A stretch of DNA of 64,000 nucleotides from Cetorhinus maximus. Lineage: Eukaryota. A program made the position numbers and the translations under genes. Below are positions 13,221 through 26,277 of this stretch, in pieces (the stretch's first letter is position 1; each line of letters begins with the position of its first letter). The stretch lies in NCBI RefSeq assembly GCF_964194155.1, contig NC_135881.1:142166001-142230000 (forward strand), in the 5' to 3' direction. The notes under the pieces are model-generated. The model did not search any database and had not been told where the DNA came from. It saw only the letters and a list, made by a program, of their open reading frames with translations.

Positions 13221-14441
13221 GCTGGGAATTTTCTGTGCCCGCTGGCGTCAGGTGTGCTTGGTGGCGTTAGAGGACAACACGGTGCGATCGGTTTCACAAA
13301 GGCATGAAATCAGTTTGCGATCGTCCGCTCAGCCTAGCAATGGCGGGCTGCGTTTCCAGCCATCGGACGTCGGGAACCTCATTGTAATACATCTGCATAT
13401 CATTATAAGGCCAGCCCGCCAGACTCATCCCCCCCACTGGATCATCTGTCCACGTCGGCAGGAAAACACGCCAACGTGTTTCACAACAGCACATAAGCGA
13501 CATGCACCTGGCGAGCTGCACTTTGGTCGGGACTTCAATGTTCGTTTGCCTACCTTGCTTCGGTCAGCACTCACAGTCATCAGCGCCAGGCTTCACAGAC
13601 AGCACCACATCACTTTTAGGGGGGCTCGTGGGTAGGTCTCTACCTACCAGATCAGCCATATGTGGGTGGCTTTTCAACGGCTACAGGGCTAGGTCTTGCT
13701 TGGGGAAGGGGATAAGTGGTCTCAGGCAAGGGAAGAGGCTGCAGGGCTAGGCCCGACTGGGGAAGGAGGGTATCCCAGGGTGTGTGTGGAGGGAGCACAT
13801 GTTGATCTGTGCAAGTGGCGTCAAAATGGTGAGGGTTGAGGTGATAGTCTCCAGAGGAGATCAGGCCAGATGGACATGTGAGAGTTTGTGTGTGAGAATG
13901 GGTGGTGACGGCGGTGAGTGAGATGCCAGTGAATGTGTGATGAGCTTGAGTGTGTGAGTTTAGAGTGATGAGATGGTTGCCATACCCTGGCTGCACAGAT
14001 GAGATCATTCATCCTCTTTCTGCATTGGATGGCCAACCTCTTCTGTGCAGCACTGGCACTGATACCACTGTCATTGCTTACCAAAACAGAGTGGTAATGT
14101 AGCTGCCCCTATGACGCCAGAACAGGGGTGGAGGACATCAAAGCGGGCCTCCACGGCATCCAAAGGTGCTTGAAGTCTGCAGTCTTCTTGCCTTTTAGGG
14201 CCATGTCTTCTTTGCTGCAGCCCTGGGCTGGAAACACTGAGTGTGCTAAACTGTACTTTAAATGTGGTGCCTGGTGTGATGAAGCGGCAAGGTGATGGCG
14301 TGATGGGCGAATGTGAGAACGGCGTGTTTCCCGGGAATGCATAAGTAATTAGGTTGGCTTGGGACAATACGGCGTGAAAACCCGTCAGATATTTTACCTG
14401 CCCGCTACGGCGCTTAGTGCAAATCTGGGATGATTCTGCCC
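13221..14441 (-). mobile_element. Non-autonomous Harbinger family B carrying Myb/SANT exon 1 (TSD AAG)
   Basis: aag|gctgggaatt ... gattctgccc|aag. Minus strand reads MALKGKKTA..LDAVEARFDVLHP..SASAAQKRLAIQCRKRMNDLICAAR|gtatgg. Near-collinear with 49774-50991. Confidence 0.85.
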
Positions 14442-15272
14442 AAGATCTCCTTTCATTAGAATTGTAAAGAAGATAAATTAACAAAGTACATTAGAACTCC
14501 AGTCAATGATAGGAAGATTGCAGTGGAGATCCAGCATCAAGAGAAAATGGATACTAAATATAAGATTTTTCTTTGAAGCTTCTGTGAATTTTTTAAAAAC
14601 TGTATATGACTAGAGATCACTGTTCACACTGTTGGTGTTTGAATGTTTGCACAATCAAATAGCATTCCTTTATCAATTGAAAAAATACTGTCAACCTGCT
14701 TAAAATAAATGGGTTAAAACCTCCATTAAAGAAGCAGATAAGGAATTTTAAATGAATACCTTAAGAATTCAGCCATTAATATGAGCAACTGTCATTTCTA
14801 GACTGTAGTTTGATACAGTGTAAGGGGGATAAATCTACCATTCTGCACTGCCAGTGGAAGCTACGCTTAGAGAGACTGTCTTTGCAGAGATTAGGATGGA
14901 AATTCAGGTTATGGTTAATGGGTGTTGTTCAAACTGGAGAATGGCTTAAAGTCGTGTACTTTGAGGTTAGTGCTGATTCCACTTTTCTTTATAATATTTA
15001 TAGATGATTTGTGCACAGGGAGCATAAACTCAAAACCTGCTCATGGCACAAAAGTGCAGTGTTTGACAAACAGCAAGCAGGACTGTAAAAACATGTCAGG
15101 TGGACACGGACAAGATAGTAAAACAGGCAGAAAAGTGTGGCAGATGCAATTTAATGCAAACAAGTATGAGACAATGAGTTTCAGATAGAAAAACAATGAA
15201 TTAGACCATACAATCAATGGATGATGCTAAAGTGTGCAGAAGAACGAAGAAGCTTATATGTGCAAATACATA

Positions 15273-18200
15273 GGCCCAAATTTTAATCTCGGAGGCATGA
15301 GTCATGAGTTGGGCCACTTCCCAACATCGAGATTCAGCCTCCTGTCCTGCATTGCCTGCCAACACTATTTTCATTGCAGGATGGCAGGGCAAGTGAAGTC
15401 AAGGCTGTCATCTTTTAAAGCAGGGTGAAGGTAGAAACAGTGGATACTGAGACAGGCAGGTTAGAAGGCCCGCCTCAGTACCCTGGGACACCAGCCCAGT
15501 TCTGTACATGTGTTAGGCTTTCCAGCCCTCATCCTTTAACACCCACAACCCCCATGCACACCCCTCCATACCACTTCCATATACCCATGCCCTTTTCATA
15601 CACTCCCACGGCCCCATATCCTCCATGCCCCCTCCATACTCCAGTGCTCCCTATATAGCCCCATGCCACCATATTGCCCCATACACACGCACCTAGTATT
15701 CTAAATGGATAGAACTCATGAGCCCTATAATAACACTAGGGAGTCTTTGAGGTGCTCATGAAACTGTCTAAATAAACTACACTCATTCAAACTCTACTTG
15801 CAAAAAAACCTTAATTATATTAAGTGGTCATCAAACTGTCAAAATAACCAGCCATTTAAAAACCTCTGTAAAAACATAATCCCGTCAGGAGCTCATAAAA
15901 CTGCAAATCAAAACAAGGATCACAGTCCCTCTGACAGCTGTATCAACAATCCCTGCTGACCAGTAGTGGGGTTTGGAGATCAACCAAGCATTCGTTATGA
16001 GATTCCATTGCACAACTGTGTCAAAAAAAGCCTCCAGAGCTGAAAACAATAAAGCCTTTGAAGTAGTCTATCAGATGGCCCTCTGTTCTACTGCTTTAAA
16101 GGCTGAACAGATGGCTGATCTATGAATCAATGAAAAGATCAGAGCACAGGTGCAACTGACACAGTAAAATCTGAATCTCAATACTGTTCAATGCAAAAGT
16201 GCACATTTTCCAGTGGATAATGTACTCTAATGCATCTGAAGACTTTTCAACTTTCATAATGCTGTTCAATTTAGTGATCTCTTATTACTGTATCTAAAAT
16301 CACTAATTTACAAATATATTTAACTTAGCACACACCATCACATTCTGACATGTGAAGTTGGCAAAACCTTTTGTACCTACCTGTCAAAAGGCTCCAACTC
16401 CAAACTATGGACCTACCATGGAAGGGCAGGGAACTAGGAAAAAGTGGAGGGGTGGTTCTGTTAATTAATGAAGGTATTAGAGAGGGATGATCTAAGTTCA
16501 AGAAACCAGAATATAGAAATGGTTTAGGTAGAGATGAGAAATGATATAGGCAAGAAGTCACTTGTGGGAGTGGTGTACAGGCCCCCTAACAGTAACCATA
16601 CGGTAGGATGGGGTAAAAGGAAGAAATAATGGGAGCTTGTCAGAAAGGTGTGGTGATAATCATGAGGATTTTTAATCTACATATAAACTGAAAAAATCAG
16701 ATGGACAAAGGTAGCCTGGATGAGGGGTTCATAGAATGTTTTCAGTGTTGTTTCTTAGAGCACCAAATTCTGGCGCCAACCAGAGTGCAGGATATACTAG
16801 ACCTGGTATTGTGCAACAAGATAAGATGAATTAATGACCTCATAGTGAAGGTGCCCCTATGTAGCAGTGATCATAATATGATTAAATCTTACATTCAGTT
16901 TGAGGGAGAAAAGAGTGGGTCTAGTGGGTCTAGCATTTTAAATTTGCATCATGGCAATTATGAGGGCACAAATGCAGAGCTAGCCAAAGTGAACTGGCAA
17001 ATTAGGTTAAGGGATAAGTCAATAGAGATGCAGTGGCGGACATTTAAGGGAATATTTTAGAATACACAGAATAGATACATTCCAACCAGAAAGAAAAATT
17101 CCAAGGGGAGGACCCACCATCTGTGGTTGACTAAAAAAGTTGAAGTTTGTATTAAGCTCAAAGAAAAAGCATATAATTGCACAAGGATAGATGGCAGGTC
17201 AGAAGATTGGACAGAATATAAAAAAACAGCAAAGAATGACCAAAAATTTGATAAGGAGGGAAATATTGGAGTGCCAGAGAAAGCTAGCTAGAAATATAAA
17301 GGCAGATAGTAAGACTTTCTATAAGTATTTAAATAAGTAAAGAGTTAACAAAATTAGTGTTAGTCCGGTAGAATGTGGGTCTGGGGAATTAATAATGGAA
17401 AATAAGGAGGGAGCAGATGAATTGAACAGATATTTTGCATCGGTTTTTACTATAGAAGATACAAGTAACATTGCAGAAATAACCGTACATCAGAAAATGG
17501 AAGGGAGGGAGGAATTTAAGAAAATTACGATAATCAGAGAAGTGGTACTGAGGAAATTTTTGGAACTGTGGGCTGACAAGTCCCTGGGTCCTGATGGACT
17601 TCATCCTAAGGTCTTAAAAGAAGTGGCTAGTGAGATATTTGATGCATTGGTTTTAATTTTCCCCTAGATTCAGGGAAGGTTCCATTAGATTGGAAAATTA
17701 CAAATGTAACTATTTTATTCAAAAAGGGAGGGAGACAGAAATCAGTAAACTGCAGGTCAGAGGCTTAACATCTGTCACAAGGAAAATGTTAAGCTATTAC
17801 TAAAGACGTTGTAGCAGGGCACTTGGATAAGTTCAAGGTATTAAGGCAGAGTCAACATGGGTTTCTGAAAGGGCAATTACATTTAACCAATTTATTGGAG
17901 TTCTTTGAAGAAGTAATATGCATTGTGAATGCACTGTGTTTAGATTTCCAGAAGGCATCTGATAAAGTGCTACATCAAAGGTTACTGTGAAAAATAAAAG
18001 TTCATGGTGTAGGGGGTATCATATTGGCGTGGACAGAAGATTGGCTAGCTAACAGGAAACAGAGGGTTGGCATAAATGGGTCTTTTTCTGGTTGGCAAGA
18101 CAAGGGGTGTGCCATGGGGATCAGTGCTGGGGCCCTAACTTTTTACAATTTATATAAATGACTTGGATGACGAGACTGAAGGCATGGTAGCTAAATTTGC

Positions 18201-19375
18201 TGATGACACAAAGATAGGCAGGATAGTAAGTGGACACAAGGAGGCTACAAAGAGATATAGATTGGTTAAGTGAGTGAGCAAAGACCAGGCAAATGGAGTA
18301 TAATGTGGGGAAATCTGAAATTGTCCATTTTGTCAGGGAGAATATTAAAACTAAGCATATTATCTAAATGGTAAGAGATTTCAGAGCTCTGAGATGCAGA
18401 AGGATCTAGGTATCCTAGTGCATGAATCATAAAAGGTAAGTAAGGTACAGCAAGCAATTAGGAAAGCTAATAGAACGTTATTATTTATTGCAAGGGAGAT
18501 TGAATACAAAAGTAGGGAGGTTATGCTTCAGTTACACAGGGCATTCATGCAACTACAGTACTGTGTACTGTACTGGTCTCCTTACTTAAGGGTGTAAATG
18601 CATTGGAAGTGGTTCAGAGAAGGTTTACTAAACTAACACCTGGAATGGGCAGGTTGTCTTATAAGGAAAGGTTGGGCAGTCTAGGCTTGTATCCGCTGAA
18701 GTTTAGAAGAGTAAGAGGTGACTTGATTGAAACATATGTGATCCTGAGGGGCCTTGACAGGGTGGATGTGGAGAGGATGTTTCTTCTTGTGGGAGAATTT
18801 AGATCTAGGGTCACTGTTTAAAAATTAGGGATTGCCATTTAAGATAGAGATGAGGACAAATGTTTTCCGTCAAAGGGTCATGAGTCTTTGGAACTCTCTT
18901 CCTCAAAAGGTGGTGGAAGCAGAGTCCTTGAACATTTTCAAGGCAGAGGTAGATAGATTATTGAGAAGGGGTGAAAGGTTATCAGGGGTAGGTGGGAATG
19001 TGGAGTTGAAGTTGAAATCAGATCAGCCATGATCGTATTGAATGGTGGAACAGGCTCAAAGGGCCGAGTGGCCTACTCCTGCTCCTAACTCATATGCTCG
19101 TATGGTTTGTGACTTCTCTGAGATGTTGTGAGCCATGCCAACTACCAAAACAGGTTCAACTCCATGAAAATACCAGGAGGTCTAAACTGACAGGTCCGTT
19201 ATGGAGCCAGCAAGTTTGGGACTACTATGTGCTGGCTTGCTACCCACATCCCTATTCTGCTCTTCTAAAATAGCCGGCAACAGGAATGGGGCAGGAATCC
19301 CAAAATTGGGTCCTGCCCACCATTTTTAAAGCCTGTCCGCCTCCATTCTCACTTGGAGACATGAAAATCTGGCCC
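15273..19375. mobile_element. Older non-autonomous TIR element (family F) split by a CR1 LINE
   Basis: ggcccaaatttt ... aaaatctggccc ends. A related inverted copy lies at ~44275-45614. Confidence 0.5.
16420..19110 (+). mobile_element. CR1 (HER1-like) LINE, 5'-truncated, decayed ORF2
   Basis: Endonuclease motif SDHN. RT-region motifs ELNRYFASVFT, GPDGLHPKVLKE, GSVLGP and KFADDTK. 3' tail aagggccgagtggcctactcctgctcct plus short repeats. Confidence 0.95.
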
Positions 19376-19480
19376 ACAATCCTTTAAAGTATGAGTGCGG
19401 GAAAATATAGTCATAGAATAACTAATACTATGTTAGTTTTATGAAAAAGGCAAGGCATAAAAGAGCAAAGAAATTATAAT

Positions 19481-20218
19481 GTCTGGATTTTACAGTCAGG
19501 AGCAAAATAATGTGCTCATAGCTGATCTCGAAGAAAGTAAGCTGCAAAAATCTGCTATCTCTGTGGCATGAATTTCCCTTTACCAATGTCAGTTTGAATC
19601 TGGTGCCAAGTGAAGGAGATCTCCAGGTATCCAGCACCAGTAATGTCCTATAGCAGAGTTAGCAGCCAAATACCTTGAAGAATTCCCACAGAAAACTGAG
19701 AAGTTAAGAACAATGATTATCCTTCAATTTTTAATATCATTTTACGGAAAGAAAAATAAAGATTGAGAAACATGCATAGAATTAAGATAGCAGTTGAAAG
19801 AAAACTTTATAAGGCCTCTTTAAAAATGTGAGTTCTTCTATTATAATGGAGAAATTTGACATTCCGCAAATATAAAATTAGTTTTTCAGGGCCAGAGATG
19901 TTGTTCATCAATAATCATGAACTTAATGCATTATTAAAAACCTAACTATACTTCATTTAATATGGTGCAACTTTTTCAAGGATTTTTATTGTGAGGCTAA
20001 TAGCATAAGAGTGCAAGTTCTCGTCAGTTCAATGATTACTAATTGGTTACAGTGGGAACATCAACAGTTTACCCTATGAAGAAGCATAGAATCGTTAACA
20101 GCAAATTCTGAATTTCCACTTTTACCCGCACACGTGCAGTCTCAGAAAATCTGTAAGCTTCAGAGGAGTAATGACGGCAGACACTTTCAGAATCATTACT
20201 GTGCAAAATCCACTGGCC
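19481..20218 (+). mobile_element. MITE family C (TSD AAT)
   Basis: aat|gtctggattttacag ... gcaaaatccactggcc|aat. Shares the ggagaaatttgacattcc and gcagccaa..ttgaagaattc.caca blocks with other C copies. Confidence 0.7.
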
Positions 20219-22165
20219 AATTATATTTTATATTTCATTGTTTAGGCCACAGATGAAGTGTTGTGGGAAGTTTGGGAAATTCCATTATAGAAAGAACATT
20301 AGAGTCTGTAGTATGGATTCGTCATGATGATATCAGAAATGAAAAACTATACATATGAGATACTGGGACTATTTCCACTGGAAACAATAATACCAAGAAG
20401 GTATTTAATACAAGATTCTTAAAGTTACAAAGGATTTTGATAGGGCAAAAAGACCAACATTACTTTTTCTGGTTGCAGAGTCGATAAAAAGAGATAATCA
20501 GTTTAAAGCAGTTAGTAAGGGATTGAGGTAAGGATAAATTTCTTTATGCAGAATGTTCTGAGAGGATGGAATGCTTTGTCAAAGGGAATGGTTAAGGTGG
20601 ACAACATTCCATCTTTTAAGGGAAGGGTAGATACATATTTGAAGTAAAGGAAAAGACAGAGCTCCGGCGAGTGAACAAAGCAGCAGAATTTCTTTTTGAA
20701 TGCTCTAACAAAAGGCCAGCACAAACTCAATGGGTCGAATGGCTTCCTTCTGTGCTATAAACTTGTGTGGTTCTATGGCTCCAAAAGCACATTGCAAAAA
20801 CAATGTTCTAATTCTCTTTTGTATTATTTAGCATTAGATATTTAAAGGGTTAACAGTCTGCAAGGAATAGTAATTTTCACATGTGACATAGGAGGGAAAT
20901 TATGATACTCCATAATTAGCAGCGCTATGATTTCAAATTGCATCACAATTTTTATTTAATCTTAACAACACTGTGGATTTGCAGCACTGTTGCTTATTTT
21001 TAACTTTCTCGAGCCTCTTTTTTTTGATTTTAATCCTTGCCATCAGCAGATACAGACAGAGATGCACCATTACAGTTTAATTATCCACATAAACGGGTCT
21101 GTCTCAAGTGCCGTTAAAATGCCACCAATGCTTTTCACATTCTGCAGTTTACTGTTTTTGCCAATAAAAAGCCCTAGGCAACTGTTCTACCCATTGCAGC
21201 ACTTGCCAAAGAGGCTCCCAAGCACACCGCTGGCAATGGAATGCTGTCTTTTCAGTGCAAGTACAAGTAACAAGACTTAAACAGACAGCAGAATCTGCCA
21301 AAGCACTAGTTTCTCTCCACCACACACAATACTGGCATTGTTCAAGAGTCATCACACAGGGCACACTAGGTTTTCAGAAACTGCTACAAAGACCATGAAG
21401 TCACTTCTCTTTGCTGCTTTTGAAAAATCTTCAAAATCTTTTCACAAACTGTTTGCTGCCCACATGACCAAAAACTGCTCACTTCGCAAACAGTTCATAG
21501 TATGGGAAAACTTAAACGGCAGAACCCCTCCTGTATCATGTCAGAGAGTGGAGGGGAGGTGGTCGAGGGCAGGAGAAGAATCACAATAAGACACAGAGGT
21601 CAATTAACAGTCATCATGGAGAGGGAAACAAGCACATTTACATAAACAAAGGAACTTAAACAAGAAGTGCTTTATTAAATTTTTTTAATGAGAGAAAACC
21701 AGGACAGCACTAATATCCACCAAATGGCAGTTTCTACTTTTAAACGCAAGTTCCCATAAAACACTTTGTTGGGCCACTGATATTTTCCTTTTCGGTGAGG
21801 ATCACAGATAATTTATTCCCTGTATCTTTTATTACCCATTCTTGATTTTGCTACACGCTGTGTGAATACCACACTATTTTCTTATTGTAGCAGCCTCTCA
21901 TTGTCAAGCTGCCTTGTGTATGACTGCCTCTGATATAATTTGTGGTACTCATGGATCCTTCATAGAAACCTATATAAAATACATTTGACAACTTCTAACC
22001 AAATTGCTAGAGAAGGGGTACTGAATTATATGGATTATCTATAAATATTTAGCAAAATCAAGGAAGTGTTAAAGATGTAAATTAATGCACTATAAAAGAA
22101 AATCCATGAGCTTTTGTATACACTATGGAGTAAAAACAAGGAGTCTTAGAATCACCAAACATAAT

Positions 22166-22490
22166 GGGCAGAATCTTCTATTCAGCATGTGGGTGGGCGG
22201 GGGGGGGGGGGGGGCCGCACATCCATGCGTAAAATGATGTGCAGTGGCATTGGGCGTGCATCCCGACGTCACCGCGTGCCATTCCAATCTGCAGTTCGGC
22301 AGGCGCACAGCAGAGTCGGTTGCGCGCCCACCGATTTCTGCGCTCTTTTACACGCAAAAGAGCACAGGCCCCGACTCTCCCTCCTCCCCCCGCCCGCACA
22401 GGTGGCGCTGAGCATAAAATGGCGGCCCACAGCCAATCGGCTCCGTGCCCGCTCCCGACTGGCGCGCCCAACAGGGAGAAAATTCTCCCC
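22166..22490 (+). mobile_element. Family A MITE, internally deleted (TSD AAT)
   Basis: aat|gggcagaatctt ... aaaattctcccc|aat. Lacks the central palindromes. Confidence 0.8.
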
Positions 22491-22493
22491 AAT

Positions 22494-23252
22494 AAATTTT
22501 AGCAGCAGGATTATCTGTGAGATAATAGTTGGAGTTTTTCCAACCCTACGGAGGTGAAATTTGAGGCGGTGGCGGAGGGGGGGGAGGGTGCTGTGCAGTT
22601 GTAAAAAATCGTATTGGATCAACTTCCTGATGTGTTCCCACCATCAGGAGGTCTTCCTGGAGGTGGGCTCCCAGTCACAACATCACAGCGGGTGCCCAAT
22701 TAAGGTTGTTAAAGCCCCAATTACAAATGATTTTCTTATAGATAAGCAAATGTGAGGAAGTCGCACAGGCCTCCGCTCTGTCAGGAGCATGACAACACTT
22801 CAGAGGTGGCGTCACAGCAGGAGGTTGAAGCGTTATCATATGATCCTGCAAGTTCATGTAAAGAAGCAGAAAAGTCGTGTGCAGCACATCCACAGATGTT
22901 TGGAGCCAGCTCTCCTGCACACTGATTGTTCTGGTAGCTGTCTATAGGATGCTGATTGACCTTTAGGTGAGCACTTCCATCTTGTGGTGTCCTCCCATTC
23001 TCTATCTGCCTGAGCAGTGTCACATTTCCCAGTGGAGCTGCCAGCCGACACCCGGTTCAGCCCCTCCAACTGACCCTCCCCTACCTGTGTGCTGCCCGTT
23101 GTCCCTCATTCGACAGCAAATGCAGAAACAGCCTGTTAATTGGCTGCCTCCCATAAGATAGTGCCAATGGGCGGACTGCTGCTATGGGTAGGGACAGGAC
23201 CCAGAAATGGTCCCGACTCTTGTGAATTTTGTAAGCCTGGAAGATTCTGACC
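22494..23252. mobile_element. Degenerate Harbinger-type MITE
   Basis: GC-rich block ending ggaagattctgacc, similar in architecture to other MITEs. Confidence 0.45.
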
Positions 23253-24719
23253 ATTATCCTCATTCTGTGATTTTCTGAGATTGGGTTAACACAGCATTTA
23301 AAAATCATTGATCTTGAAAAAAATTTAACCAAATGTAATGGAAAAGTCCAATTAACTTAAGTCTGCCTGCTATTTCCGGTATTTTAAATCTCTTACACCA
23401 CCTTATTACAACTCAAATTCAAACCAGACTTTTATTATTTTCCAATAAACTTCAATGTATTTAATTTCATTTTTATTTAATACTTTACCTTATATTGCAA
23501 ATTTTCTTGTGGAAGTGAATGACTTATCGTGAAGCAATACCAATAATATTGTTCTGACGCTGCTAATTACTTCAACACATGCAGCAAAAGCTATTAGTAT
23601 GGCACTATGGTAACCAGGCACTTTCAATGGATACTTAGCTAAAGTTTACAATTGTAACAATTTTTTTGGAGAAATTTAATTGTTTCGATGTGCACTATCC
23701 AAATCACCCTCTAGAAGTACACTGCATTGTCCAGACATAGGAATTTGTTACAGATATATTGATCTTGCTTTGCTCAGGAAGATGATAATGCTTGCAATCC
23801 CTTATGATTTATTGATTCAGCACTATTTTAATGTGCCCAATTCAATCGGTTGGTGGGGGAATGAGAGTTTCTCTCTCTCACTATTACCATGAATCATGGA
23901 GATTAAAGTAATGCAAAAACAATAAATCATTAAGATATGACAAGTGTTTAGAATGTTGTGTGCAGCGCAAATGTTATGGATTTTTCTCAAAATCCCAAAC
24001 ATTGACAATGCTTTGTATACAGTAATAGAAGGCAGGACCCAGGAAAATGAGCAGCGCATGTGATATAAAATCCTAACTGCAAAAAAGGTGAAATGGCAAC
24101 ATGCTGCAGGCTTACATTGTGTCTATATAAAATTGCAGCAGGCAAACTGCAGGTAAAATTAATTGGATAACAGAAATTTTCAGATCTCTGATGGTTACAT
24201 TCTATCTTTCTCTTGTAGTTACTGACTGGCCTTCAGAGGAATTGAGAGGTCCAGATGGTTACACTGCAGAGCCAGAGGTGCACCAGTTGCTGTGGTTTTT
24301 AAATGTCAGTTCTACATTTGTGGATTTTTCTTTAATGCAGGCCAGTAAGCATCAGTGTGCTCCTTATTGAAATTAAATAAAAATATCAAACTTTCATTTC
24401 CAGGAACTCTGGAATGAGGCAGTAGTCCACTAAAAAGTAGGAAACTACAAAGAAAAAGAGGAGTTTTTCAAGAATTAAATACAGTCTTTGCAGAACACCA
24501 GAAAGCTCCAAATGCTTACATTCCAGAGCTGCAAGGAACAGACTGACTGGATTCTAACCAGTTGGTAGAGATTCACTGCAGGGCCCATCTCATTCAACAA
24601 GTGCATCAGCCAAATTATGTACTGTGATGAAATGTTAACATCTATCTGTGTTAAAACAGATTGCACAATCACACAGACATTCACTAGGTGGTCTGAAGTT
24701 TTAAGTTAATTCATTCTTT

Positions 24720-25060
24720 CTGTGTATGACTGTGTGGTGAGGATGATGAAGGGCCAGGCCCAATCCACTATGGCTGGTGTGTTCCTACTTGTAGTAGTAG
24801 AAGGCCCTCCGGCTTTTGATTGAGCTTCAGTGGTGGAAGGGTGTTGAGTCCTCCCATCCATCTGCAACAGTGTACAGGTTGAATTCCAGATCCCTTGGGC
24901 TTGTAAAATGCTTCTCTATTCCAACTGTCTCATTGTTCTGTCCAAGGCCTTGATGAAAGTGTTGAAGTGATTTCAAGGATATAGATTTGGGGGTACCATC
25001 TATGAAGGTATGATTTTTCTTAGGTGACTTTGGACAGTTTATGAATTATAGATGTTTTTA
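24720..25060 (-). mobile_element. Possible RTE-type LINE fragment
   Basis: Weak, frameshifted similarity to the RTE motif GI.L.YR.DG.LFNL..LK. Confidence 0.35.
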
Positions 25061-25580
25061 CAATGAGATGTGCCCAAAGAAAACTAAACCAACAATTTAA
25101 AAATTCACATCAAAGAGCCATGATAGTCAATTATGGGCAATAAAAACATTGTTTACATTTTTCTCAAGAAACCATATATGTCACTCACCAGAATTTCAAG
25201 AGTCAAAAGGGCTGATGTTGTTTCCATCACCCAAAATGTAGTGCAGTTTGGCAATTTTGGTTTCTGTTCATGCCAACCCTTTGCTTTTTGAAGAATTTCA
25301 CCTTCTTTGCAGTGACAGATGAGCCATTTAAAAACAGTTCTGCCCAGTGGAATTGGAGTCTTAGATGTCTACTGATGCTGCAGTCCTGCAGACTATTGAG
25401 CTTGGGAAGTGTTCCACGCCAATTTCAGCGTGAGGTCATCACCGCTCATTGTTGAAACAAAATACGCATTGACAGAAGCAGGCAGAAAAAAACAAAAGAA
25501 TATCACAGATAACTGCAATTTTTTTAATGTTTAAGTTTCAAAAGTGGGCACTAAGGGTGAGGCTCCCTTATTAAGTTATT

Positions 25581-26277
25581 GGCCAGAATTTTTCCGTCGG
25601 CGAGTTGGGGGCGGGGCCCGCTCGCCGATGCGAAAATGACATGGGATGACATTGGGGGGAACCCCGGCCCCATCCCGCTCCATTTAAATATTCAGGAAGG
25701 CGGGCGGACAGCGAAATCAGTTGTCCGCCCGCCGACCTGTCAATGGCCAATTGAGGCCATTGACAGGATAATTAAGCCACTTAAAGGACCTACCCGTCCA
25801 ACCTTAAGGCTGGCGGGCAGGCCAGGAGCCCCAGCGGACTTCTGAAAAAACATGAAACCTCATCCACTGGCGGGTTGAGGTTTCATGTCTGTTTAAAAAA
25901 TCTTTTTAAAAATTTTTGTCATATTTATTAACATGTCCCATCTCGTATGACATTGTCACATGAGGGGGTCATGTTAATAATTTTTTTATTTTTCTATTAT
26001 TGAAGTTAATAAACCTTTCACTGATCTCCCTGAGACAGCACTTAGTCTCAGGGAGATGTGCGTGCATGTGCGAAAGAGCGCACTCTGACAGATGGGGAAT
26101 CCCTCCCCCCAACACAGGAAGCGCATAGCGCGTCCCGTTAGGCAGCCCGCTGAGTGGGCTTTAATTGGCCCGCCCACTCAAAATGGCGGTGGGGCCCGTT
26201 TCGGCAGCGGCAGTCGGCTGCCCGCCTGCCGCTGAGCTGGTGGCGCCCGCCCGCCCACCAAGGGCAAAATTCTGCCC
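25581..26277 (+). mobile_element. Family A MITE (TSD ATT)
   Basis: att|ggccagaatttt ... aaaattctgccc|att. Confidence 0.88.

Larger units (their letters stand above)
14760..20770 (+). mobile_element. Older CR1 LINE fragmented by later insertions (pieces ~14760-15270, 19378-19480, 20222-20770)
   Basis: RT-to-3' motifs (WQMQFNANK, YKSKEII-like, RP.LEYC-like) continue across the inserts. Tail atgggtcgaatggcttccttctgtgctataa. Confidence 0.7.

Noticed and set aside
21149-21364. ORF containing CQYC, resembling the RAR second zinc finger (RCQYCR)
   Set aside because: No GFFRRS, CHRDKNC or LQKCFEVGM context in any frame. Chance match, so the next RARB exon lies outside the window.
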